Of a DNA stretch of 60,602 bases, positions 25,784 through 35,062 are shown in pieces. Numbering within the stretch: the first letter of the stretch is position 1; each line of letters begins with the position of its first letter. The translations under genes and the position numbers were made by a program. Source of the stretch: Pseudomonadota bacterium (GTDB lineage Bacteria; Pseudomonadota; Gammaproteobacteria; Burkholderiales; SG8-39); NCBI GenBank assembly GCA_038040245.1, contig JBBPIU010000001.1, forward strand, positions 1-60,602, read 5' to 3'. The notes beneath the pieces are model-generated. The model ran no database searches and was not told the origin of the DNA. It saw only the letters and a list, made by a program, of their open reading frames with translations.

Positions 25784-26905
25784 TCATAACGCGTAGATGT
25801 CGGCGAGCACGGCCGCCGGGCCGCGTCGCCGGTGCTTGGCCGTACGTTCGTACACGACGAGCAGGCGGGCGCGGCCGCGCGCGATCGCCGGCCATGCCGC
25901 GATGCCTTCGGGGTGGTCGTTCCGGCCGTCGTCGGGCAGCTCGAGCAGCTTCTCGAGCAGGTCGCCGCGAACCAGGCTGGCGCGCCCGATCCGCGCGCCG
26001 CCGCGCCACCGGAAGACCGCAAACGAGCCCGAGTTCCCCATCGTGGGTCCCGCGAGGATCAGAAGATCGGCGCCATCGAGCAGCAGGTCGCGCACGCCGC
26101 GGCCGTCGAGATCGAGGAAATGCTTGCGATAGGGATGCTTGCCGCCCCCCGGGATGGGCCGCAGCGACAGCCGCGTGGGGTCCTCCGGATCGGTCGCGAC
26201 GCGCAACTCGATGAGGCCCGCCCAGCCGTCGAGCACGGGTCCGCGCAGTCCGACGAACACGCGGCCGCCGGCGCCCACGGCAAGCCCCTCGCAGTCGAGC
26301 CCATTTTCCTTTCCCGGCAGCGCGACGAACGGACCCAAATGCGCATCGCGCGCAAGGAGACGCGTCAGTCGGCTGCCTTTCGCGCTGTTGCGCACGCATG
26401 CCGCCGTGCGCCGCTGCCTGCCTTTGCCGGTCTTGCGCGCGAGCGCGATGCCGGCGCGATCGACGATGACGGGGATGCGCGCAAGCAGATACCGATTGCC
26501 TTCGCGCTCGATCGTCGCCAGTGCCCGCAGGTTTTCGGCGGTCGTGGCGCGATCGGCCTCGCCGCGTGCACGTGCATGCGAGCCCAGCACCCACAGGTAA
26601 CCGTCGCGGTATGCAAGCCCTTCGAGGTCGGCCTCCGGCAGCGCAAGCGGATCGCCTCTCCGCGGCGCGATCGCGAGCGGCAGGTAGTCGGCGAGCGCGA
26701 ACCGGGTATGCCGTCCCCATCGTTGCGCGTAGGCAGTGGTACCGGGGAGCGGTTGCAACCGCTCGACGTGGCACGTTTCATCGCTCGCCGTCCACAGCGT
26801 GTCGCCGATGCGCACCGCACAGGAAAGTCCGCCGACGAGCGCGGACCGCACGCGCTTTGGCACACGCGGATCGAACTGCAGAAGGAGCGGCGTGCTGCGG
26901 GCCAC
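25784..26905 (-). CDS. hypothetical protein (possibly DUF3616 family; from memory, unverified)
   Basis: 373 aa, GTG start at 26905. Repeated EGLA / GLRGP-like motifs suggest a beta-propeller. The codon pattern is coherent compared with the Arg-rich shadow ORFs on other frames. Confidence 0.65.
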   Translation of the reverse strand: MARSTPLLLQFDPRVPKRVRSALVGGLSCAVRIGDTLWTASDETCHVERLQPLPGTTAYAQRWGRHTRFALADYLPLAIAPRRGDPLALPEADLEGLAYRDGYLWVLGSHARARGEADRATTAENLRALATIEREGNRYLLARIPVIVDRAGIALARKTGKGRQRRTAACVRNSAKGSRLTRLLARDAHLGPFVALPGKENGLDCEGLAVGAGGRVFVGLRGPVLDGWAGLIELRVATDPEDPTRLSLRPIPGGGKHPYRKHFLDLDGRGVRDLLLDGADLLILAGPTMGNSGSFAVFRWRGGARIGRASLVRGDLLEKLLELPDDGRNDHPEGIAAWPAIARGRARLLVVYERTAKHRRRGPAAVLADIYAL

Positions 26906-26937
26906 CGATCAATTCGCCTTGAAACGAAGAGATAGGC

Positions 26938-26960
26938 AAATACTGCACCCGCTCCCGTCA
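26938..26960. repeat. 23-nt motif copy 2 (AAATACTGCACCCGCTCCCGTCA)
   Basis: 33 nt upstream of the GTG at 26905 (minus). The minus strand reads TTGACGGGAGCGGGTGCAGTATTTGCC, which contains GG-N10-GC. Confidence 0.8.
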
Positions 26961-27035
26961 AGAAGCTTTTTGAGAACGGCAACTGACCCGCCGCGCCTTG
27001 CGGGCGCGCGCGGATCACCCTAGCGTAACAGCCTG

Positions 27036-27407
27036 TCAGCGCCTTGTGGGGTCGTTGGGGGCAGCGTCGCGGCGATTGGGTACGCCGTCGCCATCCCTGT
27101 CCCAACGCGAGGACTGGTAGCCCCAGCGTCCGTTCCTCTCGACCCACTGGGGCTGAGAGTAGGTATAGCCGGGGCGCGCGCTCTGCCAGTCGCCGGGGGC
27201 CCACACGTGCTGGCTGCCGTCGTATTGCCAATGGCCGCCCGACCACACGTAGCCGCTGCGCGGCGCGGGGACGGCCTCGTAGCGAACCACCGGTGGAGCG
27301 ATATTCAAATAAACTCCGACCTGGGCCACACTCGAGAGCGGTGTTGCCACGGCACCAATCACTCCTGCTGTAAATAACGCGGATACCAAGACTTTTTTCA
27401 TGAACAT
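27036..27407 (-). CDS. small secreted YXWGXW-repeat protein
   Basis: TAGGAGAA SD then ATG at 27407. Signal peptide MFMKKVLVSALFTAGVIGAVA. Motifs GYVWSGGHWQY and RPGYTYSQPQWVERNGRWGY. Confidence 0.75.
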   Translation of the reverse strand: MFMKKVLVSALFTAGVIGAVATPLSSVAQVGVYLNIAPPVVRYEAVPAPRSGYVWSGGHWQYDGSQHVWAPGDWQSARPGYTYSQPQWVERNGRWGYQSSRWDRDGDGVPNRRDAAPNDPTRR

Positions 27408-27524
27408 GTGGGTTCTCCTAAAGGTTGACCTGCGTGGCCCGTTGACAGCCACTCTTGGCGCATGTTGGGCGGATAATCGTTTTTTCACTGTGCGCTGGGT
27501 CGCATAGAGGGGGTTGACCAAAGC

Positions 27525-28301
27525 ATGAGCTACGAATTCATCACTACCGAGGTCAAGGGCCGCGTCGCGCTGCTGACGCTCAATCGCCCCAAGCAGCTGA
27601 ATGCGCTGAACCCGAAACTGATGCAGGAGCTGGGCGCGGCGATGTCCGGCTTCGACGTCGACGACGGCATTGGCGCGATCCTGATCACCGGCAACGAAAA
27701 GGCCTTCGCCGCGGGTGCCGACATCGGCGCCATGAAGGACTTCGATTTCCAGCACGCCTTCAAGTCGGACTACATCACGCGCGACTGGGAGCACATCCGC
27801 AACGTGCGCAAGCCCGTGATCGCGGCGGTCGCGGGCTACGCGCTTGGCGGCGGCTGCGAGCTGGCGATGATGTGCGACATCATCATCGCGGCGGACAGCG
27901 CTAAGTTCGGCCAGCCCGAGATCAACCTCGGCACCTTCCCCGGTGCGGGGGGCACGCAGCGCCTGCCGCGCGCGGTCGGCAAGGCGAAAGCGATGGACCT
28001 GTGCCTCACCGCGCGCATGATGGACGCGCAGGAAGCGGAGCGCGCCGGGCTGGTGTCGCGCGTGGTGCCGGCCGACAAGCTGATGGAAGAAGCCATGGCG
28101 GTGGCGGAGAAAATCGCGTCCTGCTCGCTGCCGGTGGCGATGATGGCTAAAGAGGCCATCAACCGCGCGTTTGAGTCCACCTTGTCGGAAGGCGTGCGCT
28201 TTGAGCGGCGCCTGTTCCACGCCACCTTCGCGCTGGATGACCAGAAGGAAGGCATGGCCGCGTTCGTCGAAAAGCGCAAGCCGAAGTTCAAGCACCGCTG
28301 A
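27525..28301 (+). CDS. enoyl-CoA hydratase (short-chain crotonase)
   Basis: 258 aa. [38 protein letters not shown]. Confidence 0.92.
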   Translation: MSYEFITTEVKGRVALLTLNRPKQLNALNPKLMQELGAAMSGFDVDDGIGAILITGNEKAFAAGADIGAMKDFDFQHAFKSDYITRDWEHIRNVRKPVIAAVAGYALGGGCELAMMCDIIIAADSAKFGQPEINLGTFPGAGGTQRLPRAVGKAKAMDLCLTARMMDAQEAERAGLVSRVVPADKLMEEAMAVAEKIASCSLPVAMMAKEAINRAFESTLSEGVRFERRLFHATFALDDQKEGMAAFVEKRKPKFKHR

Positions 28302-28339
28302 ACGCTGCCGTCGTCCTTATCGGGGCTCACATCCTTTCG

Positions 28340-29509
28340 ATGCTGGGCTTCGCGACCTTCGCGGCGTTGCTGCCGGAGCTGCGCGATCTCTGGCGACTGA
28401 GCAATGCCGAAGCGGGGCTGATCGCAAGCGCGTTCTTCGCCGGCTACGTCGCCACGGTGTCGTACTGGACCGCGCTCACCGACCGCACCGACGGCCGGCG
28501 CGTCTATCTCGCCGGCTGCCTGCTGGCGACCGCGGGCGGTGCGGGCTTCGGACTGGCGGCCGACGGGCTCGCGAGCGGCATGCTCTTTCACGTGCTGCTG
28601 GGCGCGGGGGTCGCCGGCACCTACATGCCGGGACTGCGGCTGCTTTCGGACCGCACCAGTGGGCCTTCGCAGAGCCGCACCATCGCGTTCTACACCTCGT
28701 TCTTCGGCATCGGCACCGCGATCTCGCTCGCGCTCGCGGGCCTGCTCGCGCCGGCCTACGGATGGCGCAGTGCGTTTCTGGTTTCGGCGGCGGGGCCGCT
28801 GTGTGCCGGGTTATGCGTTTTTTTTCTTGTTGAAAAAACGAAAATAGAAGCAAAGGCGAAAAGCGCGTTCTCTTTCGCCACCCTGTTCCCCGTGCCGTCC
28901 TGGCGCAAGGTGCTCGCCAACCGGGCGGCCGCGGGCTACACGCTAGGCTACGTCGCGCACTGTATCGAGCTGTTCGGCTCGCGCGGCTGGATGGTCGCCT
29001 TCCTCGCCTACGCCGCGGGCCTGCAGGCTGCGGGGCAGGCGTTTCCGTGGAACTTCGCGGCCATCGCCGCGGTGGTCAATCTGCTCTCGGTGCCGGCGTC
29101 CATTTTCGGCAACGAGATCGCGCTGCGCATCGGCCGCCGGCAGTGGATCCAGATCGCGATGTTCGGCTCGGGCGCCTGCGGCATCGCGCTCGCCTTCTGC
29201 GGCGCGCTGCACTGGAGCATCGTGATCCTGCTACTGATCGTCTACTCGATGCTGGTGATGGCCGAGTCGGCGACGCTGACCGCCGGTCTGGTGGCAGCGG
29301 CACCGGCCGAACTGCGCGGCGCCGCGCTGGGGCTCTATTCGCTCGCCGGTTTCACCGGCGGCATGCTCGGCCCTTCGCTGTTCGGCCTCGCGCTCGACCT
29401 CGCGGGCGGCAAGCAGAGCCCCCTCGCATGGGCCTGGGGCTACGCCGCCATTGGCGCCGGCTGCATCGCCGCGCCGCTGGTGGTGCGGCTATACGCGAAG
29501 GCCCGCTAG
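28340..29509 (+). CDS. MFS transporter
   Basis: 389 aa polytopic protein. The in-frame sequence upstream of the ATG also reads like TM1 (see findings). Confidence 0.8.
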   Translation: MLGFATFAALLPELRDLWRLSNAEAGLIASAFFAGYVATVSYWTALTDRTDGRRVYLAGCLLATAGGAGFGLAADGLASGMLFHVLLGAGVAGTYMPGLRLLSDRTSGPSQSRTIAFYTSFFGIGTAISLALAGLLAPAYGWRSAFLVSAAGPLCAGLCVFFLVEKTKIEAKAKSAFSFATLFPVPSWRKVLANRAAAGYTLGYVAHCIELFGSRGWMVAFLAYAAGLQAAGQAFPWNFAAIAAVVNLLSVPASIFGNEIALRIGRRQWIQIAMFGSGACGIALAFCGALHWSIVILLLIVYSMLVMAESATLTAGLVAAAPAELRGAALGLYSLAGFTGGMLGPSLFGLALDLAGGKQSPLAWAWGYAAIGAGCIAAPLVVRLYAKAR

Positions 29510-29537
29510 GTTAGAATCCGCTGCAGGAGGAATCCCC

Positions 29538-31205
29538 ATGGAAAAGATCTGGCTGAAGAGCTATCCCCCCGGCGTGCCCGCCGAGATCGACTATACCCGG
29601 TACAAGTCCGTCGGCGACCTGGTCGACAAGAAGGTCGTGGAGTTCAGCGACCGGCCGGCGTTCCATTGCATGGGCAAGACCATCAGTTTCGGCGACCTCG
29701 ACCGCATGTCGCGCGCCTTCGGTGCGTGGCTGCAATCGAAGGGCTACGGCAAGGGCGTGCGGGTGGCGATCATGATGCCGAACTGCCTGCAGTATCCGGT
29801 CGCGCTCTACGGCACGCTGCGCGCGGGCGGGATCGTAGTGAACGTCAATCCGCTCTATACCCCGCGGGAACTCGAGCACCAGCTGAAGGACTCGGGTGCG
29901 GAAGTGATCGTGATCCTGGAGAATTTCGCCACCACGCTCGAGGAAGTGCTGCCGAAGACGCCGGTGAAGCATGTGATCCTCGCCTCGCTGGGCGATCTGC
30001 TCGGCGTCAAGGGCATGATCGTGAATTTCGTGGTGCGCAACGTGAAGAAGATGGTGCCGGCGTTCAACCTGCCCGGCGCGTTGCGCTTCAACGACATGCT
30101 CGCCGAGGCCGCCGGGCTGCCGGTCAAGCCGGTCGAAGTCGGGCACGAGGACATCGCCTTCCTGCAGTACACCGGAGGCACCACCGGCGTGTCGAAAGGC
30201 GCGATGCTGCTTCACCGCAACATCCTCGCCAACATCGAGCAGATGGACGGATGGCTGCTTTCCGGACTGAAGGGCGAGCCCGGGATGATCATCACCGCGC
30301 TGCCGCTTTATCACATCTTCTCGCTGACGGTGAATTGCCTGCTGATGATGAAGGGGGGCGGCTGCAATATCCTGATCACCAATCCGCGCGACATTCCCGG
30401 CTTCGTCAAGGAACTCGGCAAGCACCGCTATAACATGATCACCGGCGTGAACACTCTGTTCAACGCGCTGATCAACAATCCCGAATTCGCCAAGCTCGAT
30501 TTCTCTGCGCTGAAGATCACCGGCGGCGGCGGCATGGCGGTGCAAAAGGCGGTCGCCGACAAGTGGAAGCAGATGACCGGCAGCACCCTGCTCGAGGGCT
30601 ACGGGCTGACCGAGACCAGCCCGGTGGCGACCATGAACCCGCTCGACCTCGCCAGCTACAGCGGCTCGATCGGGCTGCCGGTGCCGTCCACCGTGATCGC
30701 GATCCGCGGCGACGACAAGAAGGACGTGAAACTCGGTGAGCCCGGCGAGATCTGCATCAGCGGTCCACAGGTGATGAAGGGTTACTGGAAGCGCGACGAC
30801 GAAACTGCGAATGTGCTCGGCCCCGATGGCTTTCTCTACACCGGCGATGTCGGCATCATGGACGAGAAGGGCTTCATCAGGATCGTCGACCGCAAGAAGG
30901 ACATGATCCTGGTGTCGGGCTTCAACGTGTACCCGAACGAGATCGAGCAGGTGGTGGCGATGATGCCGGGCGTGCTCGAGTGCGCTGCGATCGGTGTGCC
31001 CGACGAGCATTCGGGCGAGGTGCCCAAGCTGTTCATCGTGAAGAAGGACCCGGCGCTCACCGAGGCCGACGTCCTCGCGCACTGCAAGGAGAACCTCACC
31101 GGCTACAAGCGGCCGAAGTACGTCGAGTTCCGCGCCGATCTGCCGAAGACCAACGTCGGCAAGATCCTGCGCCGGGCGCTGCGCGACGAGAAGAAAGCGG
31201 CCTGA
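29538..31205 (+). CDS. fadD: long-chain-fatty-acid-CoA ligase
   Basis: AGGAGG SD then ATG at 29538. MEKIWLKSYPPGVP N-terminus. AMP-binding motif YTGGTTGVSKGA, and GYGLTE... Confidence 0.92.
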   Translation: MEKIWLKSYPPGVPAEIDYTRYKSVGDLVDKKVVEFSDRPAFHCMGKTISFGDLDRMSRAFGAWLQSKGYGKGVRVAIMMPNCLQYPVALYGTLRAGGIVVNVNPLYTPRELEHQLKDSGAEVIVILENFATTLEEVLPKTPVKHVILASLGDLLGVKGMIVNFVVRNVKKMVPAFNLPGALRFNDMLAEAAGLPVKPVEVGHEDIAFLQYTGGTTGVSKGAMLLHRNILANIEQMDGWLLSGLKGEPGMIITALPLYHIFSLTVNCLLMMKGGGCNILITNPRDIPGFVKELGKHRYNMITGVNTLFNALINNPEFAKLDFSALKITGGGGMAVQKAVADKWKQMTGSTLLEGYGLTETSPVATMNPLDLASYSGSIGLPVPSTVIAIRGDDKKDVKLGEPGEICISGPQVMKGYWKRDDETANVLGPDGFLYTGDVGIMDEKGFIRIVDRKKDMILVSGFNVYPNEIEQVVAMMPGVLECAAIGVPDEHSGEVPKLFIVKKDPALTEADVLAHCKENLTGYKRPKYVEFRADLPKTNVGKILRRALRDEKKAA

Positions 31206-31207
31206 AG

Positions 31208-31229
31208 AATGGGGTCTGTCCCCGTTTTT
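31208..31229 (+). terminator. weak terminator-like hairpin after fadD, related to repeat family 2
   Basis: AATGGGG-tctgt-CCCCGTT followed by TTTTT. Confidence 0.4.
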
Positions 31230-31334
31230 CGCTAGCCCATCGCGAAGGGAGAATTTCTTCGGGGCCTTGGCTGGCTCGGGCTGACGATCCTCTGCTGGGG
31301 GCCGCTGTTCTCGGTCGCCAAACGCACCCTGCCG

Positions 31335-32144
31335 GTGCTCGACCCGTTTTTTCTCGGGTCGATCCGTTACGGCTTCGGTGTTGCCCTTTTCGTCGTCATC
31401 CTCTGGGCGATTGAGGGCAAGGACGCGCTTCGCTACAACGGCCGGTTCCTGCGCGCAGCGGTCTTCGGCAGCTTCGGCTTCGTTGCCTTCAACATCTTTG
31501 TCTGGTGGGGCCTGGTCTACACGCGACCTGAGCACGCCTCGATCATCATGGCGCTGCAGACGCCAATGACCGCGATCGCGGTCTGGCTGACGCGGGGCCT
31601 GCGGCCGTCCGGCTTTACGATCGGCTGCGTTGCGGCGGCCGTCGGCGGTGTGGCGCTGGTGGTGACCAAGGGCGACCCGGCGCAGGCGTTCGCAGGCGGC
31701 TCGCTATTTGGCGACCTGCTGGTGTTCGTCGGTGGCGTCAGCTGGGTGGTCTACACCATGGCCGGACCGCAGTTCGCCGGCTGGTCGCCGCTGCGCATGA
31801 CGGTGCTGACCTGCATCCCGGGCACCATCGGGCTGATCGCGGTCAACACCTTCACCATCGGCATGGGCTACTCGATGCTGCCGACGCTCGACCAGGTTTG
31901 GTCGGTGAAATGGCAGCTCGCTTACTTCGTGGTCTTCACCGTGGTGCTCGGCGTACTGGGCTTCAACAACGGCGTGAAGTACCTGGGGGCATTGAATGCG
32001 ATGCTGATGCTGAACCTGATTCCGATCATCGTATTCGCGATCGAGGCCTGGCTGGGCCGCAGCTTCGCCGCGATCGAGATTGGCGGCGCCGCGCTTGTCA
32101 TCGGCGCGCTGGTTGCCAACAATCTATTCCTCCGTCGGCGGTAA
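31335..32144 (+). CDS. DMT/EamA-family transporter
   Basis: The first canonical start is GTG 31335. The reading frame is open from 31236 and encodes a TM1-like segment with no ATG/GTG/TTG (see findings). Confidence 0.75.
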   Translation: MLDPFFLGSIRYGFGVALFVVILWAIEGKDALRYNGRFLRAAVFGSFGFVAFNIFVWWGLVYTRPEHASIIMALQTPMTAIAVWLTRGLRPSGFTIGCVAAAVGGVALVVTKGDPAQAFAGGSLFGDLLVFVGGVSWVVYTMAGPQFAGWSPLRMTVLTCIPGTIGLIAVNTFTIGMGYSMLPTLDQVWSVKWQLAYFVVFTVVLGVLGFNNGVKYLGALNAMLMLNLIPIIVFAIEAWLGRSFAAIEIGGAALVIGALVANNLFLRRR

Positions 32145-32163
32145 GCAAGGCCCGGTTGCGTTC

Positions 32164-33162
32164 TTAATCGGCCTTCATGTTGGCCTGTTTGATCACGCCG
32201 CGCCATTTGACGATCTCGGCATTGATGAATGCCGCGTATTCCTCGGGCCGGTTGCCCACGGGTTCGCTGGCCTGCGAGAGGATGCGCTCCTGTATCTCCG
32301 GCGTGGCGACGATCCGCGCGATGTCGGCGGAAATCTTCTGGATCAGGGGCTGCGGCGTGCCGCCGGGCGCCATGAAGCCAAACCAGGCGGTGATCTCGAA
32401 GCCGGGGACGCCGGCTTCTTCCATGGTGGGGACATCGGGCGCCGCGGCCGAACGCTTGGCGCTGGTGATGGCGATGGGGCGCAGGGTGCCCGCCTTGATG
32501 TGCGGCAGCAGCACAGGTGCGTTGTGGAACAGCACTTCGATCTGCCCGCCGATCGCATCGGTGGTCATCTGCGCGCTCGACTTGTACGGGATGCTGACCA
32601 GCTTGATCCCCGCCAGGGTGTTGAGCAGCTCGCCCGACAGGTGCTGGGTGGTGCCCGGGCCGGCGGTTCCGTAGCGCAATTTGCCGGGCTCCTTCTTCGC
32701 CGCGGCAATCAGCTCCTTCAGGCTCTTGACCGGCACGCCCGGATTGACGGTCAGCAGGTTCGGCATCTTGGCTACCAGGCTGATCGGCGCCAGGTCCTTC
32801 AGCGGATCGTAGGGCAGCTTGTCGCCGAACAGGGTCACGTTGACGGCGATCGGCCCAATGGTGTTGAACAGCAGGGTGTAGCCGTCGGGCGTGGCCTTGG
32901 CCACCCGATCGGTGCCTATGTTGCCCGAGGCGCCCACCACGTTGTCTATGACCAGCGGCTGGCTCCAGGCTTCCGACAACTTCTGGCCCAGCAGGCGCAC
33001 GAGAAAGTCGGGGGCGCTACCCGCCGGCGCGGGCACCACCACGCGCACGGGCTTCTCGGGGTAGGCACGCGATTGCGCTTGCGCCATGGAGTGGGCAGCG
33101 AGGCAGGCGCCCAGCACTGCGGCGGCCATGGCGGACCTACTTGGTACAACGGTGATTTTCAA
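32164..33162 (-). CDS. Bug/TctC-family tripartite tricarboxylate transporter substrate-binding protein
   Basis: 332 aa. Signal peptide, then the YPEKPVRVVVPAPAGSAPD motif typical of Bug proteins. Confidence 0.9.
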   Translation of the reverse strand: MKITVVPSRSAMAAAVLGACLAAHSMAQAQSRAYPEKPVRVVVPAPAGSAPDFLVRLLGQKLSEAWSQPLVIDNVVGASGNIGTDRVAKATPDGYTLLFNTIGPIAVNVTLFGDKLPYDPLKDLAPISLVAKMPNLLTVNPGVPVKSLKELIAAAKKEPGKLRYGTAGPGTTQHLSGELLNTLAGIKLVSIPYKSSAQMTTDAIGGQIEVLFHNAPVLLPHIKAGTLRPIAITSAKRSAAAPDVPTMEEAGVPGFEITAWFGFMAPGGTPQPLIQKISADIARIVATPEIQERILSQASEPVGNRPEEYAAFINAEIVKWRGVIKQANMKAD

Positions 33163-33188
33163 GAGGTGGACTCCTCGGGTTCCGGTGG

Positions 33189-33566
33189 TTATGTTCTTTT
33201 TGCGGGCTTCACGGCGCGCACAAATTTCCCCGGCACGCGCACTTGCATGCCGAGCAGTATGAACGAATTGCTCTTGCCATGACCGTCCACGTTGAGGCTG
33301 CCGTTCACGCCGCCTTCGAGCACATCTTCGATGACGAAATTGAACGCGGGCAACAGTGGCAGCTCGTAGCGTTTGACGTTGGTGGCGCCGCGATGGGCGT
33401 ACAACTCCAACACGCGTTTTTCGGTGAGTTGTTCCGCCAGCACCGCATAGGCCGCGGGATCGTAGGGCATCACGCTGACATTCAGGCGGTTGCCTTTATC
33501 GCCGGCGCGCCCGTGCGCCACGCTGTGCAGGGGGACGCTGACCAGGGTGTCGTCAGCTTGCGTCAT
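33189..33566 (-). CDS. small AtuA-partner protein (DUF4387-like, from memory), copy 1
   Basis: 125 aa. ATGA overlap with the upstream AtuA-family gene. AHGRAGDKGN motif shared with copy 2. Confidence 0.75.
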   Translation of the reverse strand: MTQADDTLVSVPLHSVAHGRAGDKGNRLNVSVMPYDPAAYAVLAEQLTEKRVLELYAHRGATNVKRYELPLLPAFNFVIEDVLEGGVNGSLNVDGHGKSNSFILLGMQVRVPGKFVRAVKPAKRT

Positions 33567-34945
33567 TTGGCGATCTGCGCTGCGCTCTGCACGCGGCAGC
33601 CCGGCGCCAGGTCGCTCGGCAGCATCAGATAGGACTGCGTGCGTATGCGTGGTGTGGTGCTCCAGCGCACGCCGCCGCCGCCGGCAGGGCCGCAACAGTA
33701 CAGGGCCAGCGCCTCGCGCGCGGCCTGGTCTGCGTCGTCCTGGGTGCGTGCCGACACGGCCAGCCGCACTCTGATGTCCTGCGGTTCGCCGCCTTCGTAC
33801 GTCCGCCATCGCGTGCCGCCGCCGCCGTCGTGCACGCTGGCTATGCCGATCAGGTCTACGCGCGCCTTCACTGCCAGCTTGCGCAGTTTCAAACGTTCCA
33901 GCAGCACCTCGGCCGCGGCGCGGGCGCGCGCCAGGCAGTTTGGCCCGGCGTAAGAGATTTCGCCTTCGCCCATCCAGCCTCCGTCGAAGCACACGGTGGC
34001 CTTGATCTTTTGCGGCGCAGCGCCGCCGCGCACGCCGCGCACCTCCACCCTGTTGTTGCCGATCTCGTGGATTGTCACCTGCGAGAAATCGAGCGTCACG
34101 TCGGGGGTGATGTAGTGCGCGGGATCGTGTATCTCGTAGAGCAGCTGCTCTTTCACCACCTGCGCGTTGACCAGACCGCCGGTGCGCGCAGCTTTGGTGA
34201 TCACCAGATGCCCGTCTGCATCGACTTCCGCAATCGGGAAACCGATGTTGGCCGGATCGGGGATGTCCTTGTAGCCGGGGTCGTAGTAGTAGCCGCCGGT
34301 GATCTGCGCACCGCATTCGAGCAGATGGCCCGCGGCTGCGCCTATGGCGAGCCTGGCCCAGTCGTCGTAGCGCCAGCCAAAATGATGGATCAGCGGCGCG
34401 AGCGCGAGCGACGGGTCGCCGGTGCGGCCGGTAACGACGATCTGCGCGCCGGCCTTGAGCGCGTCGACGATGGGCTTCGCCGACAGATACGCATTGGCCG
34501 AGACGATTTCGCCACCGCCCATGTCGAGGCCAGTATCGGCTTCATAGACTTCGTGCGTCTTAGGATCGAGACGCTCGCGCACATCGTCGCCGTACACCAC
34601 GCCGATCTTCAGCTCGGGCATTCCAAGGCGCAGCGCGAGCCTGGCGATCACTCTGGCGGCGCCCGGCGGATTGGCCGCGCCGAAATTGCCGATGATGGGG
34701 ATGCCGTGCTCGGCGCAGCGCACGAGAATGGATTCGAGCAGGCGTTCGAGCATGGGCTCGTAGCCCCGCTGCGAGTCGCGCCGCTTCTCCAGTTGCGCCA
34801 GCGCCACCGTGCGCTCGCCCAGGGTTTCGAAGAACACGGCGCATGGCCCGCCCAACTCGATCAGCGTATCGACCACCGGCGCGGGCGCATCCACCCGGTC
34901 GCCGGAGAAGCCCGCGCAGTTGCCTACCCGAAACACATTCGCCAC
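33563..34945 (-). CDS. AtuA-family (DUF1446) protein, copy 1
   Basis: 460 aa. GHLLECGAQITGG, LLYEIHDPAHYITPDV. Paralogous to 47609-48991. Confidence 0.85.
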   Translation of the reverse strand: MANVFRVGNCAGFSGDRVDAPAPVVDTLIELGGPCAVFFETLGERTVALAQLEKRRDSQRGYEPMLERLLESILVRCAEHGIPIIGNFGAANPPGAARVIARLALRLGMPELKIGVVYGDDVRERLDPKTHEVYEADTGLDMGGGEIVSANAYLSAKPIVDALKAGAQIVVTGRTGDPSLALAPLIHHFGWRYDDWARLAIGAAAGHLLECGAQITGGYYYDPGYKDIPDPANIGFPIAEVDADGHLVITKAARTGGLVNAQVVKEQLLYEIHDPAHYITPDVTLDFSQVTIHEIGNNRVEVRGVRGGAAPQKIKATVCFDGGWMGEGEISYAGPNCLARARAAAEVLLERLKLRKLAVKARVDLIGIASVHDGGGGTRWRTYEGGEPQDIRVRLAVSARTQDDADQAAREALALYCCGPAGGGGVRWSTTPRIRTQSYLMLPSDLAPGCRVQSAAQIAK

Positions 34946-35062
34946 CCTGGATCCCCCGAAAACGAGATTGACGCACGGGAGTTTACGCGCAACCCCCTCG
35001 TCAGTTTTCGCACGAATGGAGAGTCGGGTCGTTACGTCGCGCCGGTGTGGTCTGTGTTGCGA

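Noticed and set aside
26938-26960. Calling the 23-nt motif a sigma-54 promoter
   Set aside because: Only GG-N10-GC plus the TT of the -12 element match, and the -24 region (GGGTGCA) is poor. The second copy has AA at the -12 GC position. It is kept as an unexplained repeat rather than a promoter feature.
27424-27515. Repeated GGTTGACC 8-mers in the divergent region upstream of the crotonase gene (also at 6824-6831)
   Set aside because: These are most simply -35-like TTGAC hexamers with chance flanks. The copy at 27508 is too close to the ATG to be a promoter, and I could not pair the others with a convincing -10 element.
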